DNA from: Acaryochloris marina S15
Lineage (GTDB): Bacteria > Cyanobacteriota > Cyanobacteriia > Thermosynechococcales > Thermosynechococcaceae
Assembly (NCBI RefSeq): GCF_018336915.1
Contig: NZ_CP064923.1
Span: 150,001 to 182,000, forward strand
Direction of reading: 5' to 3'
DNA: 32,000 nucleotides
The notes beneath the pieces are model-generated. The model was not told the origin of the DNA, did not search any database, and was given only the letters and a program-made list of their open reading frames with translations. Made by a program: the position numbers and the translations under genes. Shown here in pieces: positions 16,737 through 27,183 of this stretch. Numbering within the stretch: position 1 is the stretch's first letter; each line of letters begins with the position of its first letter.

Positions 16737-17501
16737 TTATTCGTTGACTTCTGCTGGGAACCAACTGGCTCGCCAGGCTGCCGTGGCCTCAGCGACGGTC
16801 TTTTCTCGCTGTTTTTTGTGAAAAGACTCTCGTATGGTTTTGAGCTGTTGCCAGAGCTGGCGGAGTTGATGCCGCTCATTCATGACTTCTATATCGGTAA
16901 ATTCTAAATCGGATAATTGCAGGAAAATCGCGACCACTGGATCTGAACTGTCCTCAGATGAGTCGTCGTTTTGATCATCCATCAGCGCTTTGATTAAATG
17001 GGGGGCACTTGTGATCGGTCGCCCTTGCTCAGCTGCTTTGCTGGCAATATCAAACAGTAGATCCATAGAGCTGATGTTGACAATGTCATATTCTTGCAAG
17101 CATTCATTGGCCTGCTGAGAAATTTGACGCAAGGCATCTAGAATTGCCTGCTCCATATCTTGCAAGAGGTTGGATAAGTGCTCAGGATCCACGCTCTCTT
17201 CCTGAGTTAACTCTGTTAAGGGCTGAGTGACGGCTTTTAGAGCTTCCTGCAACTGGGTGCCTAGTCGTTGCACCTCTTGTTGTAGGGTTTGTTGTTGATT
17301 CAAAGATAACTTTAAAAAGCTATCTGGATTCACCTGTGTACAGAGATGATAGCTAGCCTGAACCAGTTTCTGAGAGACTGCAGGGCCAAGTAGCGCCAAA
17401 TACTGTCCATACTGCTCATGAACTTTTTGAGTGAGTTCAACGGTTTTTTGAGCCAGCTGATCAAGGCTTTGCTGAATTTGTGTAATTTCTGGGACCATCA
17501 T
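16737..17501 (-). CDS. Hypothetical Gln/Leu-rich (coiled-coil-like) protein
   Basis: Long open frame 16737-17555. I prefer the ATGATG start at 17501 (MMVPEITQIQQ...). No family recognised. Confidence 0.55.
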   Translation of the reverse strand: MMVPEITQIQQSLDQLAQKTVELTQKVHEQYGQYLALLGPAVSQKLVQASYHLCTQVNPDSFLKLSLNQQQTLQQEVQRLGTQLQEALKAVTQPLTELTQEESVDPEHLSNLLQDMEQAILDALRQISQQANECLQEYDIVNISSMDLLFDIASKAAEQGRPITSAPHLIKALMDDQNDDSSEDSSDPVVAIFLQLSDLEFTDIEVMNERHQLRQLWQQLKTIRESFHKKQREKTVAEATAAWRASWFPAEVNE

Positions 17502-17700
17502 TACCAATCGGCGCGTAGCCACTAAGATAACGAGAATCGCAGGTTGCGATCGCATCGTTATGCAATTGTACCCAGCTTCAATTTGGACCAGATATCAATC
17601 GCTGGATTATTTCAAGTTTAGGAGCCAGATAACACCATTTTTACAACGGTAGCAGCCTGAAACATGAGGCGGTGAGCTGAACACTACAGTTGATAAAACT

Positions 17701-17728
17701 AAAAAGGTAGACCAGTGTCTACCTTTTT
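17701..17728 (-). terminator. Rho-independent (bidirectional-type) terminator after tsf
   Basis: AAAAAGGTAGAC (17701-17712) / GTCTACCTTTTT (17717-17728) form a perfect stem with a 4-nt loop and flanking A and T runs. It begins 7 nt downstream of the tsf stop. Confidence 0.75.
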
Positions 17729-17734
17729 AGCTGT

Positions 17735-18469
17735 TTACTTTTTCTTGCCTTTTTTCTTCTTAGAAGAAGTCTTTTTCTCCGTAGGTTTTTCTTCCGCAGG
17801 TTTAGCCTCAGCCTGTGGCTTGGTTTGGGCTGCCACTTCTTCGGCTAAGTTGGACTCCACTTTGTCAATGCCTTCGCCTAGGACAAAGCGAGTAAAGCGA
17901 CGAACCTTCATGTTCTCGCCCAGCTTAGAAATCGCTTGCTGAAGTAGCTCTTGGACCGTAATGCTTTGGTCTTTGATATAGGGTTGATGCAAGAGACAAA
18001 GTTCTCTTAAGGTCTTGTCTAACTTGCCTTGGACAATTTTTTCTTTAATATTGTCTGGCTTACCCTTGAGGGCATCAGATCCCATGGCCACTGCTTTCTC
18101 TTTTTCCACAAAATCCTGAGGGATTTCATCGGTATCAACATATTGGACATTCGGGCAAGCTGCGATTTGCTTGGCAATGTCTTGTACGAGCTCTTTGAAA
18201 GCTTCATTGCGGGCTACAAAATCTGTTTCACAGTTGACTTCGACCAATACACCAATTTGACCACCAAAGTGAATATAACTATCCACTAGCCCTTCTGCTG
18301 TCACGCGACCGGACTTCTTGCCAGCTTGGGAGAGGCCTTTTTTCCGCAGATAGGCAATGGCCTTTTCCTGATCGCCATCGTTTTCTTGCAAGGCTTTCTT
18401 GCAGTCCATCATCCCTGCGCCAGTTTTATCACGCAGTTCTTTAACATCTTTTGCTGATATTGCTGCCAT
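17735..18469 (-). CDS. tsf: Translation elongation factor Ts, with a Lys-rich C-terminal tail
   Basis: N-terminal UBA-like motif [22 protein letters not shown], and the core motif TDFVARN. The gene is downstream of rpsB, as in the conserved rpsB-tsf operon. Confidence 0.95.
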   Translation of the reverse strand: MAAISAKDVKELRDKTGAGMMDCKKALQENDGDQEKAIAYLRKKGLSQAGKKSGRVTAEGLVDSYIHFGGQIGVLVEVNCETDFVARNEAFKELVQDIAKQIAACPNVQYVDTDEIPQDFVEKEKAVAMGSDALKGKPDNIKEKIVQGKLDKTLRELCLLHQPYIKDQSITVQELLQQAISKLGENMKVRRFTRFVLGEGIDKVESNLAEEVAAQTKPQAEAKPAEEKPTEKKTSSKKKKGKKK

Positions 18470-18572
18470 GGTCTTTTCTCGGTGTATCTATGATGGTGTT
18501 TATCTTGAAGCTAAAACGTTAAGGGACATCTAAGGGAACACAGTAGGCTCCCCTTAGATGTTCAGCAAGGCT

Positions 18573-19502
18573 CTATTCAGCTGCAGGCTCTTCTGCCTCA
18601 GCAGTAGGAGCTTCAGCAGGAGCTTCTTCAGCAGTAGGAGCTTCAGCAGGAGCTTCTTCAGCGGGCGCTTCAACTTCAGCTGTTGGAACGGCTTCAACCT
18701 CAGGCTCTGCTGCCGCGACTTCAGTGTCTGCTACTTCAGCAACGGGTTCTGCTGGTGCCTCATCTTCAAAGTCAATGGCAGATGGAATGTCTGCATCTTC
18801 AAAGGTTTCAGCACTGACTTGACCATGCTTGCCTTCATAGATAGCATCGGCAAGCTTCCCGATGATGAGCTTAATGGAACGAATTGCATCATCATTGGCG
18901 GGAATGGGAATATCCACCCAATCTGGGTCGCAGTTGGTGTCTAACAAGGAGACAATGGGTAAGCCCAGCTTCTGGCACTCTTGCACTGCGTTGTATTCTC
19001 GGCGGATATCGATAATCACCACCACATCGGGGATCTTATGCATTTGCTTAAGACCACCGAGATACTTCTGCAATTTATCCAGTTCACGGCGCAGCATTGA
19101 GGCTTCTTGCTTGGGCAAGAGGTCAAAAATACCGCTCTCGTATCGTCTTTCTAGATCCTTGAGACGCTCAATTCGAGTTTTAATGGTGGTCCAGTTGGTG
19201 AGCATCCCCCCCAACCAGCGCTGGTTGACATAGTAGCCACCGCAGCGAGCTGCTTCTTGAGCAATAATTCCAGCTGCTTGTCGCTTGGTGCCTACAAACA
19301 AGAACTTCTTGCCAGATTCAGATGCAGACCGAACGTAGTGGTAAGCTTCATCCATCAACTGGGCAGTTTGCACCAAATCAATGATGTGAACCCCGTTGCG
19401 CTCTGTAAAGATATAAGGGTCCATTTTGGGGTTCCAACGGCGGGCTTGGTGGCCGAAGTGAACTCCTGACTCAAGCATTTGAGCCAAACTAATAACGGGC
19501 AT
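18573..19502 (-). CDS. rpsB: 30S ribosomal protein S2, with an acidic Ala/Glu/Pro-rich C-terminal extension
   Basis: The N-terminus [19 protein letters not shown]... and the motif GGMLTNW are canonical for S2. The 309-aa length reflects an acidic tail. Confidence 0.95.
   Translation of the reverse strand: MPVISLAQMLESGVHFGHQARRWNPKMDPYIFTERNGVHIIDLVQTAQLMDEAYHYVRSASESGKKFLFVGTKRQAAGIIAQEAARCGGYYVNQRWLGGMLTNWTTIKTRIERLKDLERRYESGIFDLLPKQEASMLRRELDKLQKYLGGLKQMHKIPDVVVIIDIRREYNAVQECQKLGLPIVSLLDTNCDPDWVDIPIPANDDAIRSIKLIIGKLADAIYEGKHGQVSAETFEDADIPSAIDFEDEAPAEPVAEVADTEVAAAEPEVEAVPTAEVEAPAEEAPAEAPTAEEAPAEAPTAEAEEPAAE
18601..18660 (-). repeat. Perfect 30-bp tandem duplication in the rpsB tail (encodes [10 protein letters not shown] twice)
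   Basis: 18601-18630 and 18631-18660 are identical (GCAGTAGGAGCTTCAGCAGGAGCTTCTTCA). Confidence 0.95.
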
Positions 19503-19874
19503 ATTTTTCTCCTATTCGGGTTTCAACCTCCATCTGAGTGCATTTCTAGCTAGCAATTGCTGACGAGAAACACCCGAATTCCCAGATGTGTGAAGTGTTA
19601 TACAGCTTTTACAAAATAGCACAACTCTTGAGGTCCCACATGGCTTTTTGTCGGGACTTTGCTGAATGTACGAGCGACTCCAGATCTTTTCATTCTTAAG
19701 GCTGTTGGTCCCCTTGTTCTGACTTAGAAATTTGTAGCTTTGAGTTGACTAGAATGTCAGTGTTGGGATTGAGCAAGATCGCTACCTCCCTTTTTTTGGG
19801 TTTAATAGTTTTTATATACCCGTAGCGATAGCTGCCATAGCGATATCTCTCATATCTTAGGCAAACCTAAACTT

Positions 19875-20666
19875 GTGGACCATAGCGCGGCCCAATTACA
19901 GCGGTTAGCAATAGCCCCTGAACAACTCCAAGATCATCAGATTCATTTGACGGGTGATCAACAACATTATCTTTACGATGTGTTGCGGCTTGGTCATGGC
20001 GATCGCTTTATTGCCATGAATGGACAGGGACAACTGTGGTTGGCTGAGTTGCTACCCAATGCTACAGAAGCAATGATGCTGAAAGCTTTAAGTGAACAGA
20101 CTGAGTTGGCGATGCCAATGATGCTATTGGCGGCCCCTCCAAAAGGCAATCATTTTGACCAAGTGGTTCGAAGTGTGACGGAATTGGGCGTCAGCCACAT
20201 TGTGCCCCTCATCAGTCAGCGAACTCTGCTGAAACCGAGCCCTAATCGGATTCAACGTTGGCGGCGAATTGCCACAGAAGCAGCAGAGCAGTCCCATCGA
20301 CAGATCATTCCTAAAGTGTTGGATCCGGTCTCCTTTCAGGAAGGGGTTACGCAAGATAATAATGATGGCTGGCAACGATATATTTGTACCATTGAGCCAT
20401 CAGCACCTAATTTCTTGCACTGTCTCAGCCAAACTTTAGGGAGGGAGAATCAAACGGGTATCGCTGTTATGGTAGGTCCCGAAGGTGGATGGACCCATAC
20501 CGAAACGCAGCAGGCCCAAATGGCTGGATGCCAGGCGGTATCTTTAGGCCAAAGAACCTTAAGAGCGGTCACCGCAAATTATATGGCGGTATCCATTGCG
20601 ATCGCACAAATAGAACTACACACTGCGTACCCAGGGGGAAAAGTATGCACCAAGACATCGCTATAG
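19875..20666 (+). CDS. rsmE: 16S rRNA (uracil1498-N3)-methyltransferase RsmE
   Basis: GTG start. The N-terminus LQRLAI.P.Q......I.L...Q.HYL..VLRL..GD is typical of RsmE, and the GPEGGW motif lies near the C-terminus. Confidence 0.85.
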   Translation: MDHSAAQLQRLAIAPEQLQDHQIHLTGDQQHYLYDVLRLGHGDRFIAMNGQGQLWLAELLPNATEAMMLKALSEQTELAMPMMLLAAPPKGNHFDQVVRSVTELGVSHIVPLISQRTLLKPSPNRIQRWRRIATEAAEQSHRQIIPKVLDPVSFQEGVTQDNNDGWQRYICTIEPSAPNFLHCLSQTLGRENQTGIAVMVGPEGGWTHTETQQAQMAGCQAVSLGQRTLRAVTANYMAVSIAIAQIELHTAYPGGKVCTKTSL

Positions 20667-21709
20667 CGTTGGATCGTCAAGATTATCAGATGGCGTCTCA
20701 ACTGATTCAAGCCATGCCTACGAGCGATCCATGGGGCAAGCTCTATTTGGGGCAATTGCAAGCGGCTCAATCTGACCATGAACAGGCAGAGCATACCTTC
20801 CGCGCTTTACTACAGGAAGATTACGGCCCCAAAATTGCCCGAGCGGCTCGTGAAGGCCTCAAACAACTGCAAGATCATGCTCAGGCTGTTCGGCAGGAAA
20901 AACTGAGCCAAGCCACAGTCAATCCAGAACAAACCCAAACAGGGGCATTGATTTTAGAAGCCTTACCGGCTGATGCCAAAACCGAGGCAGCCCTTAAATT
21001 TGCCAAAATCATGCAGGTTGAACCCTATACAGCCCGTATGCTAATCCCTAGTCGAGGGTGGCGTCTCTATCGGATTGGCCCGATTGGAGAGCTACAGATG
21101 TATGGCCAAGACTTGCAAGCAGCAGGAATTCCTAATTTCGCGGTCACCATGGCCCAGGTGCAACAGCTTAAAGTTCGTCAGGTTTGCTATTTTGAAGCTG
21201 CACAACCTTCACCTGAAGTATGGGTTTCAGATCACCACTCTCAACAAACGAGTTCACTCCGATTTCAATGGTCTGATGTGACCCAACGGGTTGAAGGCTT
21301 AGTCCCTATTTTTGAAAAAGTCGTGGATCGAGATCCTCGAGGTAAACTACAGCGCAAAGAAAAGACGCAGGATCATGCCCAATTCTGCGATCTGCACTTG
21401 CCTAACAAAGGCTGTATTTTGCGATTCTATGATGCGGCCTATCAATTCAATCAAGGCATCAAACTCACAGAAGTGGATCAGGAAACATCTTGGGCTAATT
21501 GGCGTGGCTTGACCACCTTGCTGACCCAAAACTTGCCCCATGCAAACACTTGGGCAGACTTCACCTCTTTTGCCGATACTGCGGTTGAACAGCTTGAGCT
21601 ATTGGGTGCGTTTGAGTCCTACATCAATTTATTACGCCGAGAAGATAGCAAATGGGATCAGGCCTTCCACCTGTACAGCAGTTTAGCCATGCTCAAGCCT
21701 GCAGCCTAA
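20645..21709 (+). CDS. Hypothetical protein (about 354 aa) with a TPR-like helical N-terminus
   Basis: I prefer ATG 20645 (MHQDIAIALDRQDYQMA...). The upstream part of the track ORF (from 20489) lies in another frame inside rsmE. The gene overlaps the rsmE end by 22 nt. No family recognised. Confidence 0.7.
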   Translation: MHQDIAIALDRQDYQMASQLIQAMPTSDPWGKLYLGQLQAAQSDHEQAEHTFRALLQEDYGPKIARAAREGLKQLQDHAQAVRQEKLSQATVNPEQTQTGALILEALPADAKTEAALKFAKIMQVEPYTARMLIPSRGWRLYRIGPIGELQMYGQDLQAAGIPNFAVTMAQVQQLKVRQVCYFEAAQPSPEVWVSDHHSQQTSSLRFQWSDVTQRVEGLVPIFEKVVDRDPRGKLQRKEKTQDHAQFCDLHLPNKGCILRFYDAAYQFNQGIKLTEVDQETSWANWRGLTTLLTQNLPHANTWADFTSFADTAVEQLELLGAFESYINLLRREDSKWDQAFHLYSSLAMLKPAA

Positions 21710-22044
21710 TGGGAAACTAACCAAAGTAGGTATAGAGATCTGAATTTCACATTGCACCTATTTTTTGTGTTTTTACACCTAATATTTCAGTTAGTAAAGT
21801 TGGTATCAATCTTCTAATCACTTCAATCCCCTCGAGTGTTGAAATGATTAGGCTAACTTCTCATTCCCCATAAGAGGCATGGGCAGCCTATCGTATTTGC
21901 CCATGTTTGCAAGCTCTGGATAGCTCTTGTGAGTTTCTCTAGGAAGTTGATCTAGGATGAATAGGTGACTTGAAGGATGGATCCTTAGCGAGATATAGAT
22001 TTTAGTGGTCTCAGGTTCACACTTCCCCCATTTGAGTTGAGTGA

Positions 22045-22557
22045 ATGATGAACGCTCCCATTTCTAATTGCCCTGTACCCCTTGAGCAGCAGCCTCTTAA
22101 TGAGTACCAAAGTCTACAAGAATCCTGTTTTTTTCGATGGGCAACTTTAGAAGACTCAGCATATCTCAACAGAGGTTTTCAGTTAGGCAGTATTGCGAGT
22201 GTTATGGCGGCTCCCTTTGCTGCGAGTAGCTTTGCCTTAGCCGAGTCCCTGAGCCAGTTTGTTTTGACCCTTACGGTTGTCGCCACAGGCTTACTCATAT
22301 TGCTGGTCTTACGGCTCTATCTGGGATGGTCTTATGTTTGCGATCGCCTCCTGCGCGAAAAAATCTTTTATGAAGAAACTGGCTGGTACGACGGTCAATA
22401 TTGGACCAAGCCTGCAGATGTGCTGGATCGAGAACGGTTAATTGGCACCTATGAAGTCCAGCCCATCCTAGAGCGTTTGCGTCGAAGTCTCTTACGACTA
22501 GGCCTTACTTTGGCAGGAGAATTTAGCCTTTGGTGGCTGATCCTTTCCCACGCTTAA
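22045..22557 (+). CDS. ycf36: Ycf36 / DUF1230 (CGLD27-like) membrane protein
   Basis: The N-terminal signature CPVPLEQQPLNEYQSLQESCFFRW is followed by two hydrophobic segments, matching the DUF1230 pattern as I recall it. Confidence 0.7.
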   Translation: MMNAPISNCPVPLEQQPLNEYQSLQESCFFRWATLEDSAYLNRGFQLGSIASVMAAPFAASSFALAESLSQFVLTLTVVATGLLILLVLRLYLGWSYVCDRLLREKIFYEETGWYDGQYWTKPADVLDRERLIGTYEVQPILERLRRSLLRLGLTLAGEFSLWWLILSHA

Positions 22558-22613
22558 CCCCCCCAGTTACAAATATATTTACCCAATAGGCATCTGATGC
22601 TAGAGTCTTACGC

Positions 22614-23567
22614 ATGACCATGGGAAAACGCAATCATAGCCCTGCACTTGAGATCCATCTACTGCGGGAAGGGATTATTGAATCCAAGCACCAAGCTGAA
22701 GCTGTTGTCTGTGATGCTAGGGGCAGAATGCTCTCTATTGCTGGGCAGACAGATACCTCTTGCTTTATTCGCTCCGCCTTAAAACCTGTACAGGCTCTGT
22801 CGGTGGTGACGAGTGGAGCAATGGAGCATTTCGATCTCAACGATCGGGATCTCGCAGTCATGTGTGGGTCCCACCACCATACCGTTGAGCAAGTTCGACA
22901 AGTCTTCAATATTCTCTGGCATTGTGATATCGATCCGACGGCATTGCAATGTCCAATTCCCCAGGATCTAGAGAGCCCCTTAGAACATAATTGTTCGGGC
23001 AAACATGCAGGTATGTTGGCTGTTTGCCAGCAATGCCAGTGGCCGTTACACACCTATATGGATGCCCGGCATCAGGTTCAGCAACTGATTCTCAACCAAA
23101 TGGCTGAATTGTTGAAAATGCCAGCGGCAGAATTTATGCGAACCCATGATGACTGCGGTGTGCCGACTTACTATATGCAGTTAGAGCAAATCGCAACCCT
23201 CTACGCCCATCTCAGTGCTGGCAATAATTTAAATATTGAGCGGGTCATGCGGGCAATGATTCATCACCCTACTTTGGTGGCAGGGCAAGGTCAATTTGAT
23301 ACGGACTTAATGACCTTATCCGCTGGAGAATTGGTGAGTAAGTCTGGGGCTGAAGGTGTGCAATGTGTGGGCCGCATCGGTGAAGGCTTGGGCTTGGCCA
23401 TCAAAGTCAAGGATGGTGCTAAGCGTGCCAAATATGCCGTCGCCATCCATTTGCTACGAGAACTAGGCTGGCTGGAACCGAGTCATGCCGATACCTTGGC
23501 CGACCGCTATTTATGCCTGAGCAACTATAAACGCCTAGAAGTCAATGGCGAACTGGTGATGCTTTAG
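22614..23567 (+). CDS. Asparaginase II family (PF06089-like) protein
   Basis: 317 aa. The motifs RSALKPVQAL, CSGKHAGML and SKSGAEGV are characteristic of the L-asparaginase II family as I recall it. Confidence 0.7.
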   Translation: MTMGKRNHSPALEIHLLREGIIESKHQAEAVVCDARGRMLSIAGQTDTSCFIRSALKPVQALSVVTSGAMEHFDLNDRDLAVMCGSHHHTVEQVRQVFNILWHCDIDPTALQCPIPQDLESPLEHNCSGKHAGMLAVCQQCQWPLHTYMDARHQVQQLILNQMAELLKMPAAEFMRTHDDCGVPTYYMQLEQIATLYAHLSAGNNLNIERVMRAMIHHPTLVAGQGQFDTDLMTLSAGELVSKSGAEGVQCVGRIGEGLGLAIKVKDGAKRAKYAVAIHLLRELGWLEPSHADTLADRYLCLSNYKRLEVNGELVML

Positions 23568-23575
23568 GCCATAGT

Positions 23576-25039
23576 CTAGGCTAGATGAGTTTCAACTGCG
23601 CCGACTAATCGGTCCGTCCAATGGGTGACCATTCCCATATCACGGGCTTCCACCATGACGCGAATCAGGGGTTCTGTGCCGGAGGCTCGGACTAAAATTC
23701 GACCTTGATCACCCATATCATCTGTGGCTTGATCAATCAGGGTTTGGAGTGGTTGGCACTCCTGCCAATTCCGCCTGCGATCCCTATCTTCTACCCGCAC
23801 ATTTTTGAGGATCTGGGGGTAAGTTTGAAAGCTATCATCCACCAAGCAAGATAGACGCGTTTTGTTTTGGCAAATAATCGTTGCTAGATGCAAGGCTGTT
23901 AACAGACCATCGCCACTGACACCATAGTGAGGGCACAAAATATGACCGGACTGTTCGCCCCCTAGCATGGAGCCATGATTCAGCATCTCGGCATGGACAT
24001 TTTGGTCGCCGACATCTGCACGAATTAAGGTTCCCCCTTGCTGTTGCCAAGCGAGTTCAAACCCTAGGTTGGACATCACGGTTGCCACAATCAGATCATT
24101 GGGCAGCTGTTTTTGCTCCTGCAGTGCCTTACCCCAAAGGTAAAGAATATAGTCGCCATCTACCGTTCGGCCCTGGCAGTCAATCGCCAACACGCGATCG
24201 GCATCACCATCAAAGGCAAATCCTACATCGGCATCATGCAAGTCAACGGCGGCTTTCAAAGGTTCTAAATGAGTTGAACCACAATTGACATTGATTCGAT
24301 CACCATCAGGCTGATCGTGCAGACAAATGACCTCTGCACCTAAAGCTTGAAAGACCTTGGGAGCGAGCTGAGTGGCAGCCCCCCAGGCTAAATCTAAGAC
24401 AACTTTTAATCCTTGAAAACTTACTTGAGACTGAAGTGGACCTTGAATCGCATCCGTATAAGCTTGTGCAAGTTCAGGTCGGTAATAGTGACGTCCCCAT
24501 GCAGCACTGGTTGGTGATGGACTAGAGGCTTTAATACGTCTTTCAATATTGCTTTGAACGGATGGAGGTAGCTTGGTACCATCCGTTTGAAAAAATTTAA
24601 TGCCGTTATCTGCAGGTGGATTATGGCTAGCAGAAACCATTACCCCTCCGACTGCATCGGTTTGATGGGTTAAGTAAGCAACGGTGGGGGTTGGGCATAA
24701 ACCTAAGTACCAAACATCCAAACCCGCTGCGGTCAGACCTGCAGAGAGAGCCATGGCCAGCATATCGCTGGAATTGCGAGAGTCTTGTCCCAAAATAAAT
24801 GGCTGATGAGGAGCGGAGCTTTTTCCCAACTCTAATCCTGCACAAAATCCAACCTGGAGTGCTAACTGAGGAGTTAGGTGCTGCCCGACTTGGCCCCGAA
24901 TCCCATCGGTCCCAAATAAGTTGATATCTTTCGCTGCATCTGCCACTTTTCGCGCCAATTTGTCAGGTTGAATGATGCGATCGCTTTTAGTGACGCTTTT
25001 ATGTTTAAATTCAGATATAAAAGACATTGGACAATACAC
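23576..25039 (-). CDS. glmM: Phosphoglucosamine mutase
   Basis: The motifs are FGTDGIRG, the active-site loop [15 protein letters not shown], the metal site FDGDADR and GGEQSGH. Confidence 0.9.
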   Translation of the reverse strand: MYCPMSFISEFKHKSVTKSDRIIQPDKLARKVADAAKDINLFGTDGIRGQVGQHLTPQLALQVGFCAGLELGKSSAPHQPFILGQDSRNSSDMLAMALSAGLTAAGLDVWYLGLCPTPTVAYLTHQTDAVGGVMVSASHNPPADNGIKFFQTDGTKLPPSVQSNIERRIKASSPSPTSAAWGRHYYRPELAQAYTDAIQGPLQSQVSFQGLKVVLDLAWGAATQLAPKVFQALGAEVICLHDQPDGDRINVNCGSTHLEPLKAAVDLHDADVGFAFDGDADRVLAIDCQGRTVDGDYILYLWGKALQEQKQLPNDLIVATVMSNLGFELAWQQQGGTLIRADVGDQNVHAEMLNHGSMLGGEQSGHILCPHYGVSGDGLLTALHLATIICQNKTRLSCLVDDSFQTYPQILKNVRVEDRDRRRNWQECQPLQTLIDQATDDMGDQGRILVRASGTEPLIRVMVEARDMGMVTHWTDRLVGAVETHLA

Positions 25040-25290
25040 TCCACACCGAGGCTGTACGAGTCCATAGGCGATCCAGCAGAGTCATGCATTACCGTTCTTG
25101 ATGGGGCTGCACTGGTATGGCCTGCTTGGACGTTCGTAAGCTTAACACTTAGGATAGAAAATAGCATGTTGACGGAAAGAGTCGCTGTACGCTTCTGGGG
25201 TTTAATGGGCTAGAATGTCGCGGTAGCCTTAGCTAGAGCTTTTTTTGAAGATTAGGCGCTTCTTACCGATTCAATGCGGTTGATGCGAGT

Positions 25291-27081
25291 ATGCCCTATC
25301 CTGCAGGATCAATGTCGCTTTCTAACCAATCCTTTTCTTTACCACGACGTCAGCGTTCTCAGCGCAACGTCGGATCGGGGCCTCGTAAGTTTGTTTTTGG
25401 TGGCTTCATCAGTCTTTTATTGTTTGGAGCCATTGTTCCTCGTCTCAGTTTTTTACAAATTACGGAAGGGTCTCTGAATCTGCAGCGAGCGGAGGAAAAT
25501 CGGGTTCGTTTGATTCCCAAGCGCCCTGAACGGGGAAAAATATTAGACCGCAAAGGTCGGATTCTCGCGAACAGCACCTATACCTATTCCGTCTTCGTCT
25601 GGCCGATTGCTCAAAAAGATGAGAAGTGGTCTCAAACGGTAGATGTTCTATCTTCTATTCTCAAAATTCCAGAAACGGAGATTCAAGAACGAGTTGAAGT
25701 AGAAGGCCATAACTCCACCTCCTTAGTCCGTGTTGCTCAAGGACTGAGCTTTCCGCAAGTGGTAGCGTTGTCCGAGCGGATGAGCGATATTGTGGGGGTC
25801 GAAATCGACAAGGAAGCCATTCGCTACTACCCGCATGGTGAATTGGCTTCCCAGGTGATTGGCTATATCGGTGAGATTAACGAAGAAGAACTAGCCCGCA
25901 AACAGGACCAGCCGTACCGCCTAGGAGATGTGGTGGGTCAATTAGGGATTGAATCCTCCTACGAACAAAAGTTACGGGGAACCTGGGGCGGTAACCAAAT
26001 TGAGGTAGATGGTGCTGGCCGGATTGTCCAAATTCTGGGCCAAAAATTGCCCATCGCTGGGGAGGATGTGAAGCTCACCCTGGATCTAGATGTGCAAAAG
26101 GCAGCAGAAAAAGCCTTAGGGAAACGGCAAGGCGCTGTGGTTGCCATCAACCCTAAGAATGGCTCCATTATTGCCATGGTGAGCTATCCGGGATTTAATC
26201 CCAACTGGTTTGCCAAGCGTGTCACCGAAAAGCAATGGCAAGAACTACAAAACCGCAAATTCCCCTTTGTTAATCGGGCTATGCAGGCCTTTCCACCTGC
26301 CAGTACCTTCAAGATCGCAACTGCGATCGCAGGGATAGAATCCGGAAAATATTCACCTAATGCTCTAGTGGCAACCTCAGCATCCGTGCATGGTGTGGGG
26401 GATTGGAATGGAGCAGGATTTGGCGTCATCGGTTTCCAAACGGCACTGCAGTGGAGTAGCAATACCTTTTTTGGTCGCGTAGGAGTAGGGACCAGTCCCA
26501 AAATTTTGATTGAATGGGCTAAACGTTTAGGGGTTGGTGAGAAAACTGGCATTGATATCCCAGGAGAATCTTCTGGGTTTATCCCGGATCCGGCTTGGAA
26601 AAAAGAGGTGTTTAAAGACGCCTGGTATCCAGCCGATACCGTGATGGTCTCCATCGGTCAAGGTGCTGTGCAACTCAGTCCCCTCCAGGTCTCCCTCATT
26701 TTTGCTGCCATTGCTAATGGGGGATATAAAGTCAAACCTCACTTATTTCAGTCCGATCAACCCGATGACAAATGGCAGACCTCGCTGAATTTACAACCTA
26801 AGACTTTAAACATCATCAGATCGGGTTTACGAGCAGTGGTCACCAGCGGTACAGGACAGGCGTTGAATGTGCCTAGTATCCCTCCTGCTGCAGGTAAAAG
26901 TGGGACCGCTGAAGATCCACCTCGCTCATCTCACACCTGGTTTGGAGCCTATGCTCCCTTTAATAACCCAGAAATTGTGGTGGTTGCATTTGGCGAAAAT
27001 ACAGGCGGGGGCGGCGGATCTACAGCGGGTCCCATTGCCTTAAAAGTTCTAGAAGCCTACTTTAAGTCCCAGAAAAAATAA
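25291..27081 (+). CDS. mrdA: Penicillin-binding protein 2 (class B transpeptidase)
   Basis: N-terminal TM anchor. The transpeptidase motifs are STFK (PASTFKIATA), SSN (WSSNTFF) and KSGT (GKSGTAE). An alternative start is ATG 25312. Confidence 0.85.
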   Translation: MPYPAGSMSLSNQSFSLPRRQRSQRNVGSGPRKFVFGGFISLLLFGAIVPRLSFLQITEGSLNLQRAEENRVRLIPKRPERGKILDRKGRILANSTYTYSVFVWPIAQKDEKWSQTVDVLSSILKIPETEIQERVEVEGHNSTSLVRVAQGLSFPQVVALSERMSDIVGVEIDKEAIRYYPHGELASQVIGYIGEINEEELARKQDQPYRLGDVVGQLGIESSYEQKLRGTWGGNQIEVDGAGRIVQILGQKLPIAGEDVKLTLDLDVQKAAEKALGKRQGAVVAINPKNGSIIAMVSYPGFNPNWFAKRVTEKQWQELQNRKFPFVNRAMQAFPPASTFKIATAIAGIESGKYSPNALVATSASVHGVGDWNGAGFGVIGFQTALQWSSNTFFGRVGVGTSPKILIEWAKRLGVGEKTGIDIPGESSGFIPDPAWKKEVFKDAWYPADTVMVSIGQGAVQLSPLQVSLIFAAIANGGYKVKPHLFQSDQPDDKWQTSLNLQPKTLNIIRSGLRAVVTSGTGQALNVPSIPPAAGKSGTAEDPPRSSHTWFGAYAPFNNPEIVVVAFGENTGGGGGSTAGPIALKVLEAYFKSQKK

Positions 27082-27183
27082 TCCTCATTAAGGATCGTTG
27101 ACGGCCATTGCCAGTTTTTTTTCGGCAACTCTACAATTGAGGAGCAATGATGTCGCCTTGCTTTCGCAAGGCAGGTAGGGCTT

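Noticed and set aside
19545-19565. CAGCAATTG in the rpsB leader (minus strand) is identical to the first 9 nt of the IS inverted repeat; possible solo IR remnant
   Set aside because: The similarity stops after 9 nt and the sequence is part of a short palindrome (AGCAATTGCT). A chance match is plausible in 32 kb.
22634-23053. 139-aa antisense ORF inside the asparaginase II gene; similarly 26184-26654 (156 aa) inside mrdA, 16159-16506 inside the SH3b gene and 18558-18944 inside rpsB
   Set aside because: Each is fully nested antisense to a CDS with strong family motifs and has an atypical Cys/Arg/Trp- or Gly-rich composition. They are most likely non-coding.
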